This document shows positions 34,741 through 42,141 of a stretch of DNA of 45,730 nt, piece after piece (within the stretch, counting starts at the first letter, position 1; each line of letters starts with the position of its first letter). Under the pieces are notes generated by a model, which saw nothing but the letters and a program-made list of their open reading frames with translations, was not told the DNA's origin and ran no database searches. The DNA comes from a virus. The DNA lies in IMG/VR virus record IMGVR_UViG_3300045988_115899, positions 1 to 45,730 of that record; one strand, written 5' to 3'. Both the position numbers and the translations under genes were made by a program.

Positions 34741-36012
34741 TTATTTTTTATCGTTACCTAATTGCTTTATTATTTTCTCTTCTCGCTTTGACAACTTCCA
34801 TATTTGAGGCTGCTGCCGCTCTCTTACTTGCTCCTGCGCTCTCGCCTTATCTTTTGCCCTTTCCTCTGACAACAAATAACCGTCTCCGAAGATACTCTTT
34901 TTGTGTTCTTTTTGGCTGTCGAGTGCTGACACTTTCAACGTTTCCTCTACCGTTGCGCTGAATTCCACGCCGTATTTGGACATCAAAGCAACGTTTGAAG
35001 ACGTTGCCACGTGTGCGGGGTACTCGTACTTTGCCAATGTTACCAACTCTTTCCCATTGTTCTCTTCGTTAGCCTTGTTGAGTGCCTCGTACAACTCGGG
35101 GCACGAACGAAAGCGGACATTTCCGTTTAGGTTGGTGAGAAAAGAAGTACATACCCTTGCTTTGTTTTCGTATAGGACGTTTATTCCTATACATATAGCC
35201 GTACACGTCTTCCCTGCATTGAACAACGTCAGCGACGGTGCAAAGAGAAAGAACTTTATACCCTTTTCGGTGTAATATCTTGTAATTTCTGCCAATATAG
35301 AGAATGGCGGGTTATCGAGGACGATACTATCTTTCTCGTATGGGTACTTTGTGTAGTCGCCATTTGGATAGAATGGGCGTACTATCTTGTTACGGTTAAT
35401 TCCGTATTCTTTCTCGCACCACTCAACAACCGCCTCGTAAACATTTGTTGGCGTATAACAGTCATCTGTCGTTTTCTTGACTTCAAATTTTGATACAAAG
35501 GCTTGGTATTCTTCGTCATCTTCTGAAATCTCGCCAGCGTCCAACTTCGCCCTCAATTCCTGCATTGTCTTTTCGTAATCATCGCCTTGCGTGCTCCACT
35601 CTTTTGGCGTGGCTATATTCCATTGCTTAAGCTCTGCCTTATCCCATTGGTGCGCAACTTTCACCCAATCAACAGTGCCTTTAATATCATTGTCAAGCAT
35701 TGCTATGCGACGTATCTTCTCAACGGGCGTATCTACTGGCAACGTTATAACTGGTATTTCTTTTTTGCCCAATTGTTTTTGAGCCTTTACCCTGCCATTG
35801 CCACCGATAACAACGTATTTGCCATTTAGCGGGTAAACAATTGCAGCACGAGCGACAGTCATTTCGGGCAATTCGCTAATGCTTTCTCGCAATTCGCTTT
35901 CCTCCTGCTCGGTGCGTATCATATAATTTTCGGGAACGCCTTTTATTTGCCCCTCGTTATATTCCACCAGCTCGGCACGTACTTGTTTTATGTTTATTTC
36001 ATTATTTATCAT
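34741..36012 (-). CDS. ParB-like N-terminal domain fused to a DNA (amino) methyltransferase
   Basis: ParB/Srx-like VIGGNGRVKA segment, followed by the VLDNPPFS catalytic motif IV (D/N-PP-F/Y). Start trimmed to MINNE (ATG 36012). Confidence 0.6.
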   Translation of the reverse strand: MINNEINIKQVRAELVEYNEGQIKGVPENYMIRTEQEESELRESISELPEMTVARAAIVYPLNGKYVVIGGNGRVKAQKQLGKKEIPVITLPVDTPVEKIRRIAMLDNDIKGTVDWVKVAHQWDKAELKQWNIATPKEWSTQGDDYEKTMQELRAKLDAGEISEDDEEYQAFVSKFEVKKTTDDCYTPTNVYEAVVEWCEKEYGINRNKIVRPFYPNGDYTKYPYEKDSIVLDNPPFSILAEITRYYTEKGIKFFLFAPSLTLFNAGKTCTAICIGINVLYENKARVCTSFLTNLNGNVRFRSCPELYEALNKANEENNGKELVTLAKYEYPAHVATSSNVALMSKYGVEFSATVEETLKVSALDSQKEHKKSIFGDGYLLSEERAKDKARAQEQVRERQQPQIWKLSKREEKIIKQLGNDKK

Positions 36013-36033
36013 AGTGTCTTTTAATTGAAAAAA

Positions 36034-36064
36034 TACCCAAAGCGACATCACGTCGGTAAGGGTA
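36034..36064 (-). other. Interrupted stem-loop in the leader of the ParB-MTase gene
   Basis: taccc/gggta outer stem and cgac/gtcg inner stem, 21 nt upstream of ATG 36012. Confidence 0.35.
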
Positions 36065-36101
36065 CGCCAATAACAATATATAATATATTAACAAATTAGT
36101 A

Positions 36102-36353
36102 TCATTTTTTAGGTGTCAATATTATTTCAATATCCCACCCTTGCAAATCTTCACGCAACTCTTCGTTGGCGGCTACGATGTTTTGCATCAAACGCTTTCC
36201 CAAATACTCTGAAATAGGTGCGTTCTCTTGCTCTCGACGATACACCGTGTAATCTGCTTCGGCGTATTCAATAACACGCTTTTCGCTGGTTTCGGGGTCG
36301 TTTATAACGACGCCATTGTCGGCGTATTCTAAGTTGTATTTTATCTTTTTCAT
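36102..36353 (-). CDS. Hypothetical acidic protein (83 aa)
   Basis: ORF. No motif recognised. Confidence 0.6.
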   Translation of the reverse strand: MKKIKYNLEYADNGVVINDPETSEKRVIEYAEADYTVYRREQENAPISEYLGKRLMQNIVAANEELREDLQGWDIEIILTPKK

Positions 36354-36364
36354 ATCATTTATTT

Positions 36365-36706
36365 TTATTCAATTATGATACAAATGCCAGCTCTATTCCT
36401 GCCAGCGCATTTTGAACAATCGTGTTTCTTTGCCTGCTCGCATATCTTCAAAGCCTCTTTTAGACGCTCGTCAAATGTGGTGTCAAAGGCTTTCAAAAGG
36501 TTGTTATACAACCCCGCCATTTGCGCCATTGTACGCAAAACCTCCTCTCTGCTTTGCTCTGCAAGCATATCACAACCGACAACTGTCATATAGTCGTCTA
36601 ATTTTTCCTTTAGTTCTGTACAGTGGAAATTTAAACGAGTTATTGACGATAACAGATTTAACTCGAATTTTACACGGTCAAAACCTTTTCTTTTCTTCTT
36701 TGCCAT
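36365..36706 (-). CDS. Hypothetical protein (113 aa)
   Basis: ORF with a C-terminal CSKCAGRNRAGIC cysteine cluster. Confidence 0.6.
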   Translation of the reverse strand: MAKKKRKGFDRVKFELNLLSSITRLNFHCTELKEKLDDYMTVVGCDMLAEQSREEVLRTMAQMAGLYNNLLKAFDTTFDERLKEALKICEQAKKHDCSKCAGRNRAGICIIIE

Positions 36707-36725
36707 TGTTTTTTTTGATTTTTTG

Positions 36726-36911
36726 TTATTGATTTTCGGCGTATTCGCACTCGTCGAACAACGCCTTTACTTTTTCTTCTTCACCAGTAACGAAACACTC
36801 CGCTCTTTCTTTATCAAGTAGGGCTATTCCTGCAACCTCGCACCCAAATAAAGGTGCTTTTTCCTGCATCAAGCCTACCTTGTGAATTGTTGCTGTTATT
36901 CTTTTCTCCAT
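36726..36911 (-). CDS. Hypothetical protein (61 aa), first gene behind promoter P5
   Basis: ORF 17 nt downstream of the -7 motif. Confidence 0.55.
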   Translation of the reverse strand: MEKRITATIHKVGLMQEKAPLFGCEVAGIALLDKERAECFVTGEEEKVKALFDECEYAENQ

Positions 36912-36928
36912 TACTTGTTATTTACTTG

Positions 36929-36969
36929 CAAATATAATGCTTTATTTTCGTTTTTCAAAATCTTTTTGC
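36929..36969 (-). promoter_or_regulatory. Bacteroidota-type promoter P5
   Basis: Minus strand GCAAAAAGATTTTG-N19-TATATTTG. It overlaps the 3' end of 36942..37145. Confidence 0.55.
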
Positions 36970-37145
36970 AAAAAAGTGCACCCAATGCCATAAAATAATA
37001 TTTTTAACTCGACATCAAATACAGCGTCTTCTTTTCCCACCCACCAAAAAGCGATAGTAGGCGTGTATAAACGCTTCATTTTCCGAAAGCTGCGCACATA
37101 CAACACAACGCCATATTTGCCAAATTGGATAACTTTTTTCTTCAT
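36942..37145 (-). CDS. Hypothetical protein (67 aa)
   Basis: ORF with an ATGA overlap with the upstream micro-ORF. Confidence 0.5.
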   Translation of the reverse strand: MKKKVIQFGKYGVVLYVRSFRKMKRLYTPTIAFWWVGKEDAVFDVELKILFYGIGCTFLQKDFEKRK

Positions 37146-37315
37146 CGCTTATCTTTTAAAAGCTCGTTTGCTCTGTAAATTTCGCTATCGACTTGGTTCT
37201 CTAAGCCTTTAGATAGGCTTAACGCTTCTTTACTCCTCGTTTTGAAGTACTCTTTTTGCGCTGCCCTCATCTTTTCTACAAGCCTAAAGAACTCGTACGC
37301 TTTCTCCCTACTCAT
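37142..37315 (-). CDS. Hypothetical helical protein (57 aa), not in the ORF track
   Basis: My translation: MSREKAYEFFRLVEKMRAAQKEYFKTRSKEALSLSKGLENQVDSEIYRANELLKDKR. ATGA overlaps at both ends. Confidence 0.5.
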   Translation of the reverse strand: MSREKAYEFFRLVEKMRAAQKEYFKTRSKEALSLSKGLENQVDSEIYRANELLKDKR

Positions 37316-37827
37316 AGTTTATCCTCCAATGGCTTTTGCAATAGTAGCCAATCTTTATACGACACCTTGCAAATACGTGGGTACTCCACAATATCATCTT
37401 TGCCAAAATAGATGTTATAAATACCTAATTGTCCCTTTACTGGTAGCTCCACACATCGCACGGGGTTGCGCATCAACCAGCCCCACCCCGTTTTTATCTC
37501 GGCACGTCGGGCACGTGGTATTCGTGTTTTGTCCCAGTCTTCGGGCGTGAAATCTTCCACCCTTTTAACGTCGTAAAGCTCGACAAAGCCTAACACACAA
37601 CCACTATCCAAATTTGGATAAACGGGCTTTTGACTGCTGCATATCAACAACCTGCCTCGATAAGCTGTGCGGCGGCTTCGTACCTCGATACTCTTTGCAC
37701 CATAGGTAACGCCTTTCTCGTCTTTGTAAGCAACGTTTACAAGGTCGCTCGCAAATGGTTGCTTTACTGTTAGTGCTCGATAGGCTGTGTGCTCTTTTTC
37801 GTTGAAATCTTTTCTTTCTACCTGCAT
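37312..37827 (-). CDS. ASCH-domain protein (171 aa)
   Basis: ALTVKQPFASDLV ... GAKSIEVRSRRTAYRGRLLICSS matches the ASCH N-terminal signature (ALSI-x-QPWA ... G-x-K-x-x-E-x-R). Confidence 0.55.
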   Translation of the reverse strand: MQVERKDFNEKEHTAYRALTVKQPFASDLVNVAYKDEKGVTYGAKSIEVRSRRTAYRGRLLICSSQKPVYPNLDSGCVLGFVELYDVKRVEDFTPEDWDKTRIPRARRAEIKTGWGWLMRNPVRCVELPVKGQLGIYNIYFGKDDIVEYPRICKVSYKDWLLLQKPLEDKL

Positions 37828-37842
37828 ATCTTTTTGTATTAA

Positions 37843-37858
37843 AGGGGCTTTCGCCCCT
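37843..37858 (-). other. Intercistronic GC-clamp hairpin with GAAA tetraloop (after ssb)
   Basis: Minus strand aggggc-gaaa-gcccct, then ttaatacaaaaagat, then ATG 37827. Confidence 0.55.
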
Positions 37859-37863
37859 ATTGG

Positions 37864-38316
37864 TTAAAATGGCAAGTCGTCATCTTGTGGAACTCCTCCT
37901 TGTGGTGTTGTGCTTGCCCCTTGCTGTGTGCTCGTTGGCTGTTGTCCTCCACTTGGTGGGGGTGGTGCTGGTGCGGCTTTTGGCTTTGGCGTTAATAGCT
38001 CCATTTTGTTGGCGTAAATTTCCGTTATATAACGCTTAATTTTTTGCTCATCGTCATAGCTCCTATAACGTATTTCGCCCTCAATATACAGCTTATCGCC
38101 TTTATGCACGTACTTTTCCGCAATATCGGCAAGCCCCCTGTACAATACCACGTTGTGCCACTCGGTACGCTCTGGCACTTTGTGCCCGTCTTTCGTCGTG
38201 AACTCGGGGACGGTGGTCGCTAAGCTTATTTGTACTACCTTATCGCCAGTGTCGAAAACGTGGACTTTCGGGTCTGCTCCCGTGTGTCCTAACAATGTAG
38301 CTCTGTTTACTGCCAT
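37864..38316 (-). CDS. ssb: Single-stranded DNA-binding protein
   Basis: OB-fold N-terminus MAVNRATLLGHTGADPKV, Pro/Gly/Gln-rich linker and the canonical acidic tail DDDLPF. Confidence 0.9.
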   Translation of the reverse strand: MAVNRATLLGHTGADPKVHVFDTGDKVVQISLATTVPEFTTKDGHKVPERTEWHNVVLYRGLADIAEKYVHKGDKLYIEGEIRYRSYDDEQKIKRYITEIYANKMELLTPKPKAAPAPPPPSGGQQPTSTQQGASTTPQGGVPQDDDLPF

Positions 38317-38429
38317 AGCCCTAAAAATTTAATAATAAGGCTTGCCGCCGTGTATATGTAACAAAACACCGTTAGGGCAATAAAGCCCCAAAACACCAAC
38401 TTATAACCTGTGCTAACTTCCATTTTCAT
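38307..38429 (-). CDS. Possible single-TM micro-protein (40 aa), not in the ORF track
   Basis: My translation: MKMEVSTGYKLVFWGFIALTVFCYIYTAASLIIKFLGLWQ. Its 3' end overlaps the ssb start by 10 nt. Confidence 0.35.
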   Translation of the reverse strand: MKMEVSTGYKLVFWGFIALTVFCYIYTAASLIIKFLGLWQ

Positions 38430-38435
38430 TGTGTA

Positions 38436-38540
38436 TTACTCCTTTCTTTTATTGTTATTCTCTTTATTGGTCTTGTTAATAAAATAAACAAATACCAACG
38501 ACACCACAAAGGCTAAAAAGCCTAAAATATTTTCTAACAT
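38436..38540 (-). CDS. Possible single-TM micro-protein (34 aa), not in the ORF track
   Basis: My translation: MLENILGFLAFVVSLVFVYFINKTNKENNNKRKE. Starts 2 nt after the upstream stop. Confidence 0.35.
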   Translation of the reverse strand: MLENILGFLAFVVSLVFVYFINKTNKENNNKRKE

Positions 38541-38542
38541 AT

Positions 38543-38869
38543 TTATTTGAATTTTACGCCGTCAAAAAGGTATTCTGTCTTGCTCTCGCTCCACCCTGCG
38601 GCGTTGTTTAACATTTTTCTGTCCTCGTCGTATTTAAACGAACAATACCACCCGCCAAAAGGTGCTTCACGCAACAATAACACCTGCTTGTTTAATATCA
38701 AGTGTCGATATTTGAAGTACCCGCTATTTGCATTTACAAAGGCGATACGCCTTGTTGCGTTTGGCTGTGGTGTTGGCTGTTGCTTCGCCTCTCTTCTGTG
38801 GTAACGCTCAAAGTCAGAACGAATGCTCTGCCTTGACACCTCGCTATAATTAGGCTTCTTTACTCTCAT
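38543..38869 (-). CDS. Hypothetical protein (108 aa)
   Basis: ORF. No motif recognised. Confidence 0.6.
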   Translation of the reverse strand: MRVKKPNYSEVSRQSIRSDFERYHRREAKQQPTPQPNATRRIAFVNANSGYFKYRHLILNKQVLLLREAPFGGWYCSFKYDEDRKMLNNAAGWSESKTEYLFDGVKFK

Positions 38870-39290
38870 TTCTTAAGCTGTTGTATTCATTTGTCATTTG
38901 CTCGATAATAAGTGCGTTGCTTGGATAAATACGCATTGCCTTTCTATTGCCAACTTCCCATTGGTTATGATGTTTAAAGCATAGTATATTTACGTTCCGT
39001 ACATCGTGTGCCGCTTCGGGAAACGCCCCTCGTGTGCGTATGTGTGAAATGTACGTTGCCGAATACCCTGTAAGGGGGCGCAAACACTCTTCGCATACGT
39101 GCGGATATATATCCCAACAATAACGATAAAATCTTTCGTTCTCGCTCGGTGTGTGCCCTTTCCCAAACAAATGGTGTTGTATGGCTATACGCACATTTAT
39201 AGGCACATCAAAGCGTCTATCAATTAAAGGCTCAAAGCCTTTACTCTTTGCGTATTTGTAACACTCAACATCTTCTATCAAAATACCCAT
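38850..39290 (-). CDS. HNH endonuclease-like protein (146 aa)
   Basis: CEECLRPL ... SHIRTRG ... NVNILCFKHHNQWE shows the Cys pair plus the H-N-H pattern. Start trimmed to MGILIE (ATG 39290), downstream of a hairpin. Confidence 0.55.
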   Translation of the reverse strand: MGILIEDVECYKYAKSKGFEPLIDRRFDVPINVRIAIQHHLFGKGHTPSENERFYRYCWDIYPHVCEECLRPLTGYSATYISHIRTRGAFPEAAHDVRNVNILCFKHHNQWEVGNRKAMRIYPSNALIIEQMTNEYNSLRNESKEA

Positions 39291-39307
39291 AACAAAAGAA
39301 CATAAGC

Positions 39308-39326
39308 GGGGGCAATACACGCCCCC
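39308..39326 (-). other. Intercistronic GC-clamp hairpin with GUGUAUU loop
   Basis: Minus strand gggggc-gtgtatt-gccccc, then gcttatgttcttttgtt, then ATG 39290. Confidence 0.55.
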
Positions 39327-39334
39327 ACGTTATT

Positions 39335-39946
39335 TTACATTTCGGGGCTTTCCTCCCCTTGTTCGTTATTGTTGCCTTGTTCCTCATCTTCGCCAAACAA
39401 TGTTAGCTCGGCTTTCTTGCCTTTGAACAAAAAGGCGTAAACCTCGCTTTCTATCTCGGCTATGATGTTCTCAAGCTCTTCCTCAAAGCCCCAAGTTTCG
39501 GTTGAGAAACGCAAACGGGGTGAGTTGATGCAAACTTTCTGCTCGTTGGCAACGGTAAATAAGCCAGTAAGCACAACGCCTACTTTATCGTCTTTACCAC
39601 TAAGGCTAACGCCCCGTACCTCTATTTTTTCAAGGCACTGCTCTGCGTGATTTTCGGCAAGTTCTTTTTGCTTATCTCTTGCCTTGAACTCGTCAGTAGC
39701 TACAAGCGTCTTAAATGATGTAATGTTAAACACTCTTCCCATAATAGGGCGCAAGCGTTTAAACAACTCTTTCAAATCGGGGTGCGTGTCCTTTGCGCTC
39801 TCTATGTGGTACTTATTGGTGTACGTTTCAGCACCTACAACCTCTACGACCTCGTAATGGACGTCCAAGCCTCCGTCCTTAATAACTTTTACCTTGTTTA
39901 AGGCGAAATTGCTTTCACTTGGAATTGGCATTTTTTCTGTTTCCAT
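39335..39946 (-). CDS. Hypothetical protein (203 aa) with acidic C-terminal tail
   Basis: ORF with the tail GEDEEQGNNNEQGEESPEM. No motif recognised. Confidence 0.65.
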   Translation of the reverse strand: METEKMPIPSESNFALNKVKVIKDGGLDVHYEVVEVVGAETYTNKYHIESAKDTHPDLKELFKRLRPIMGRVFNITSFKTLVATDEFKARDKQKELAENHAEQCLEKIEVRGVSLSGKDDKVGVVLTGLFTVANEQKVCINSPRLRFSTETWGFEEELENIIAEIESEVYAFLFKGKKAELTLFGEDEEQGNNNEQGEESPEM

Positions 39947-39987
39947 AATTCAATAATTTTTAAATGTTTAAATATAACTTTGACCTT

Positions 39988-40086
39988 TCAGTCCCTATCT
40001 TTTTTCGTGGGGCTGCCAATGTAAAATATTAGCCAAATGAATAAAGCTAACACTATCGAAAGGCTGCCCAATGCAAAGTACTCCAT
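39988..40086 (-). CDS. Possible single-TM micro-protein (32 aa), not in the ORF track
   Basis: My translation: MEYFALGSLSIVLALFIWLIFYIGSPTKKDRD. Its ATG directly abuts the exonuclease stop (TAAATG). Confidence 0.35.
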   Translation of the reverse strand: MEYFALGSLSIVLALFIWLIFYIGSPTKKDRD

Positions 40087-40911
40087 TTAGAAATCGTCCA
40101 TATTTAGCCCCTTTGGCTTTGCACCTGTTGAGGCTTCGTTTTCTTTTCCACCGCTCGCCGTTGGCATTTGTACTGGCTCATCGTCAAATATTCCCTGCGC
40201 CTTGCCTATCTTCATTTTTTGCGTTGGCTTTACGTCGGCTTTCTTCTCTTCCTTGTGTGTAGGCTTCCCCTCTTCGTTGTACTCTTTTTGCTTCAACTCA
40301 ACGATACCTTTTTCAACAAGCACTGGTAAACAAGCTGCCAATGCTTTTACGTCCTCGCCTGCATCGTGGGCGTTGAACGTCTTGCCGTCAAAACATTTGG
40401 CGTACAGTTCCTTGAGCGTCGGGAATTTGCCCACTCGACCGTCTGCAAATTTCGCCTGCACGAATTTGATTGTTTTCATCATTGTATCGACACGCTTTCC
40501 CTTGAATAACGCCGCATCAACCACACTGTCGTAATACTCCTGCCCCAAATAGCGCATTATGTTCGCCTTTATTATTGAGGTATCAAAGTAGATGTTGTGA
40601 GCACACACAAGCGGCGAGTTGCCACAATCTTTTATGAACTCTTGAATAACATCTACAAAGGGTGCACCCTCCTGCATCGCTATTTCGGTAGATATACCGT
40701 GTATCTTTACCACCTCTTCGGGTATCTCGTAAGGTACGCCTTTAGGGTCTATCGGCTTAATAACGTGTGAGTGCAACTCACCGTCTTTCAGCCACGCCAA
40801 TTGCGCAATATATGGGAACTCGTTAAAATCTTTGTCCCACTTTTTGCCCCTTGCGGGCACTCCTGTCGTTTCCGTATCGAAAAACAACACATCGTTAATT
40901 TTGTACTCCAT
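40087..40911 (-). CDS. DnaQ/epsilon-like DEDDh 3'-5' exonuclease (274 aa)
   Basis: Exo I FFDTETTG, Exo II AHNIYFDTSII, Exo III FNAHDAGEDVKAL. Lys/Glu-rich C-terminal extension. Confidence 0.8.
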   Translation of the reverse strand: MEYKINDVLFFDTETTGVPARGKKWDKDFNEFPYIAQLAWLKDGELHSHVIKPIDPKGVPYEIPEEVVKIHGISTEIAMQEGAPFVDVIQEFIKDCGNSPLVCAHNIYFDTSIIKANIMRYLGQEYYDSVVDAALFKGKRVDTMMKTIKFVQAKFADGRVGKFPTLKELYAKCFDGKTFNAHDAGEDVKALAACLPVLVEKGIVELKQKEYNEEGKPTHKEEKKADVKPTQKMKIGKAQGIFDDEPVQMPTASGGKENEASTGAKPKGLNMDDF

Positions 40912-41101
40912 TTTCTTTTTTAAAATTTATTGTTAAATCGTAATTCTTTATATACTTTGTGTATGCTTTGCGTGTCAGCCATTCACACCCACAACGCAAG
41001 CACTTAACACGGCTAAATCCTTTCGGCGTATAGCAATAACGGTTTACTCGCCACGTTGGCAATGGGTAAAATCTCGGCATTTGTCCACACTTGCAAAACA
41101 T
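40895..41101 (-). CDS. Small zinc-ribbon protein (68 aa)
   Basis: CKCG ... CLRCGC cysteine pairs. Confidence 0.5.
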   Translation of the reverse strand: MFCKCGQMPRFYPLPTWRVNRYCYTPKGFSRVKCLRCGCEWLTRKAYTKYIKNYDLTINFKKENGVQN

Positions 41102-41102
41102 A

Positions 41103-41324
41103 TCAAAGACTTTCTATTTGTTTTCTTAAATCTTCACGCCTCTCCCTTATTTCTTCAATTAATGCCTTACGTATTATATTATATACGCTTTTGGAAATTT
41201 CAAAACAAGTTCCATTTATTTGCAGTGAAATACTACAACGTTCGTGCAACCTTTCATTATTCCTTTGCAATTCCCTAAATTCTTTAAATAGCTCTTGCGC
41301 TAAATCTATATTTTCTATTTTCAT
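41103..41324 (-). CDS. Hypothetical protein (73 aa)
   Basis: ORF tightly packed between its neighbours. Confidence 0.5.
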   Translation of the reverse strand: MKIENIDLAQELFKEFRELQRNNERLHERCSISLQINGTCFEISKSVYNIIRKALIEEIRERREDLRKQIESL

Positions 41325-41749
41325 ATTACTTTTGGGTTTTCAATAAAAACGTTTAAATCTTCTGCCGCAAATTGCTTTATGAACTCTATGTGCTCTATCA
41401 AAACATCGTTTCCACAATTGGCGGCACTCTTTAGCTCTGTTATATATTCGCCCGTTTCTATGTTGGGCGTTTGCTCGTGCATAACGGGGCTTTGCTCTCT
41501 CAAAAACAGTTCTGTCTCCTCTTCCGTCTTCCGCTCTCCAAGCTCCAATAAGGCGTGCTTTACTGTTGGTACTACATAGTTGAAATAATACCCTTTCAAA
41601 GCCTCACTTGTTGATTTTGGCGCAACGAAAAAGCGAACGACAACACGTTTTCCCTTGTGTTTTTTGAGAAATTCGTTTACCTCTCCCATATAGAGAGAAA
41701 GTTTGCCGTTATCATTTACAACGCCTGTGGCTGTAATATCATTTCTCAT
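41321..41749 (-). CDS. Hypothetical protein (142 aa)
   Basis: ORF with overlapping starts and stops. No confident motif. Confidence 0.6.
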   Translation of the reverse strand: MRNDITATGVVNDNGKLSLYMGEVNEFLKKHKGKRVVVRFFVAPKSTSEALKGYYFNYVVPTVKHALLELGERKTEEETELFLREQSPVMHEQTPNIETGEYITELKSAANCGNDVLIEHIEFIKQFAAEDLNVFIENPKVI

Positions 41750-42077
41750 CTTGCAACTGCTTTATTGTTCTTTGCGCCGCATCATCGCCAATCGCCTTTA
41801 TAAAGCTACGGCAAACACTCGATAAGGTGCTGTTTTTGCTCAATACGGCAGTGTATTCGATAATGAAATTTCCAACCGACAAGTCCAAATAATCTATTGG
41901 GTGTCTTTTGACTTCACGACCAGCCATATAGGCTTTTTCTCTGTAATCTCGCCGTTCAGCTTTCAAGCCATTAATGATATTTTCGGCGTTCTTTTGAAAC
42001 TCTGCCGTTAATATCAAATCGGCTACGGTGTATTCACTCAATGGCTTCTTTTTGTTTATTCTTTTTTTCTTTTCCAT
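41739..42077 (-). CDS. Hypothetical protein (112 aa)
   Basis: ORF preceded by a GC hairpin and a short leader. Confidence 0.6.
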   Translation of the reverse strand: MEKKKRINKKKPLSEYTVADLILTAEFQKNAENIINGLKAERRDYREKAYMAGREVKRHPIDYLDLSVGNFIIEYTAVLSKNSTLSSVCRSFIKAIGDDAAQRTIKQLQDEK

Positions 42078-42090
42078 AGTCTTTTATTTA

Positions 42091-42112
42091 GGAGGGGCTT
42101 TTACACCCCTCC
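42091..42112 (-). other. Intercistronic GC-clamp hairpin
   Basis: Minus strand ggagggg-tgtaaaag-cccctcc, then taaataaaagact, then ATG 42077. Confidence 0.5.
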
Positions 42113-42141
42113 ATAGTTATAAAGTAGGTTCGCCAAGTACC

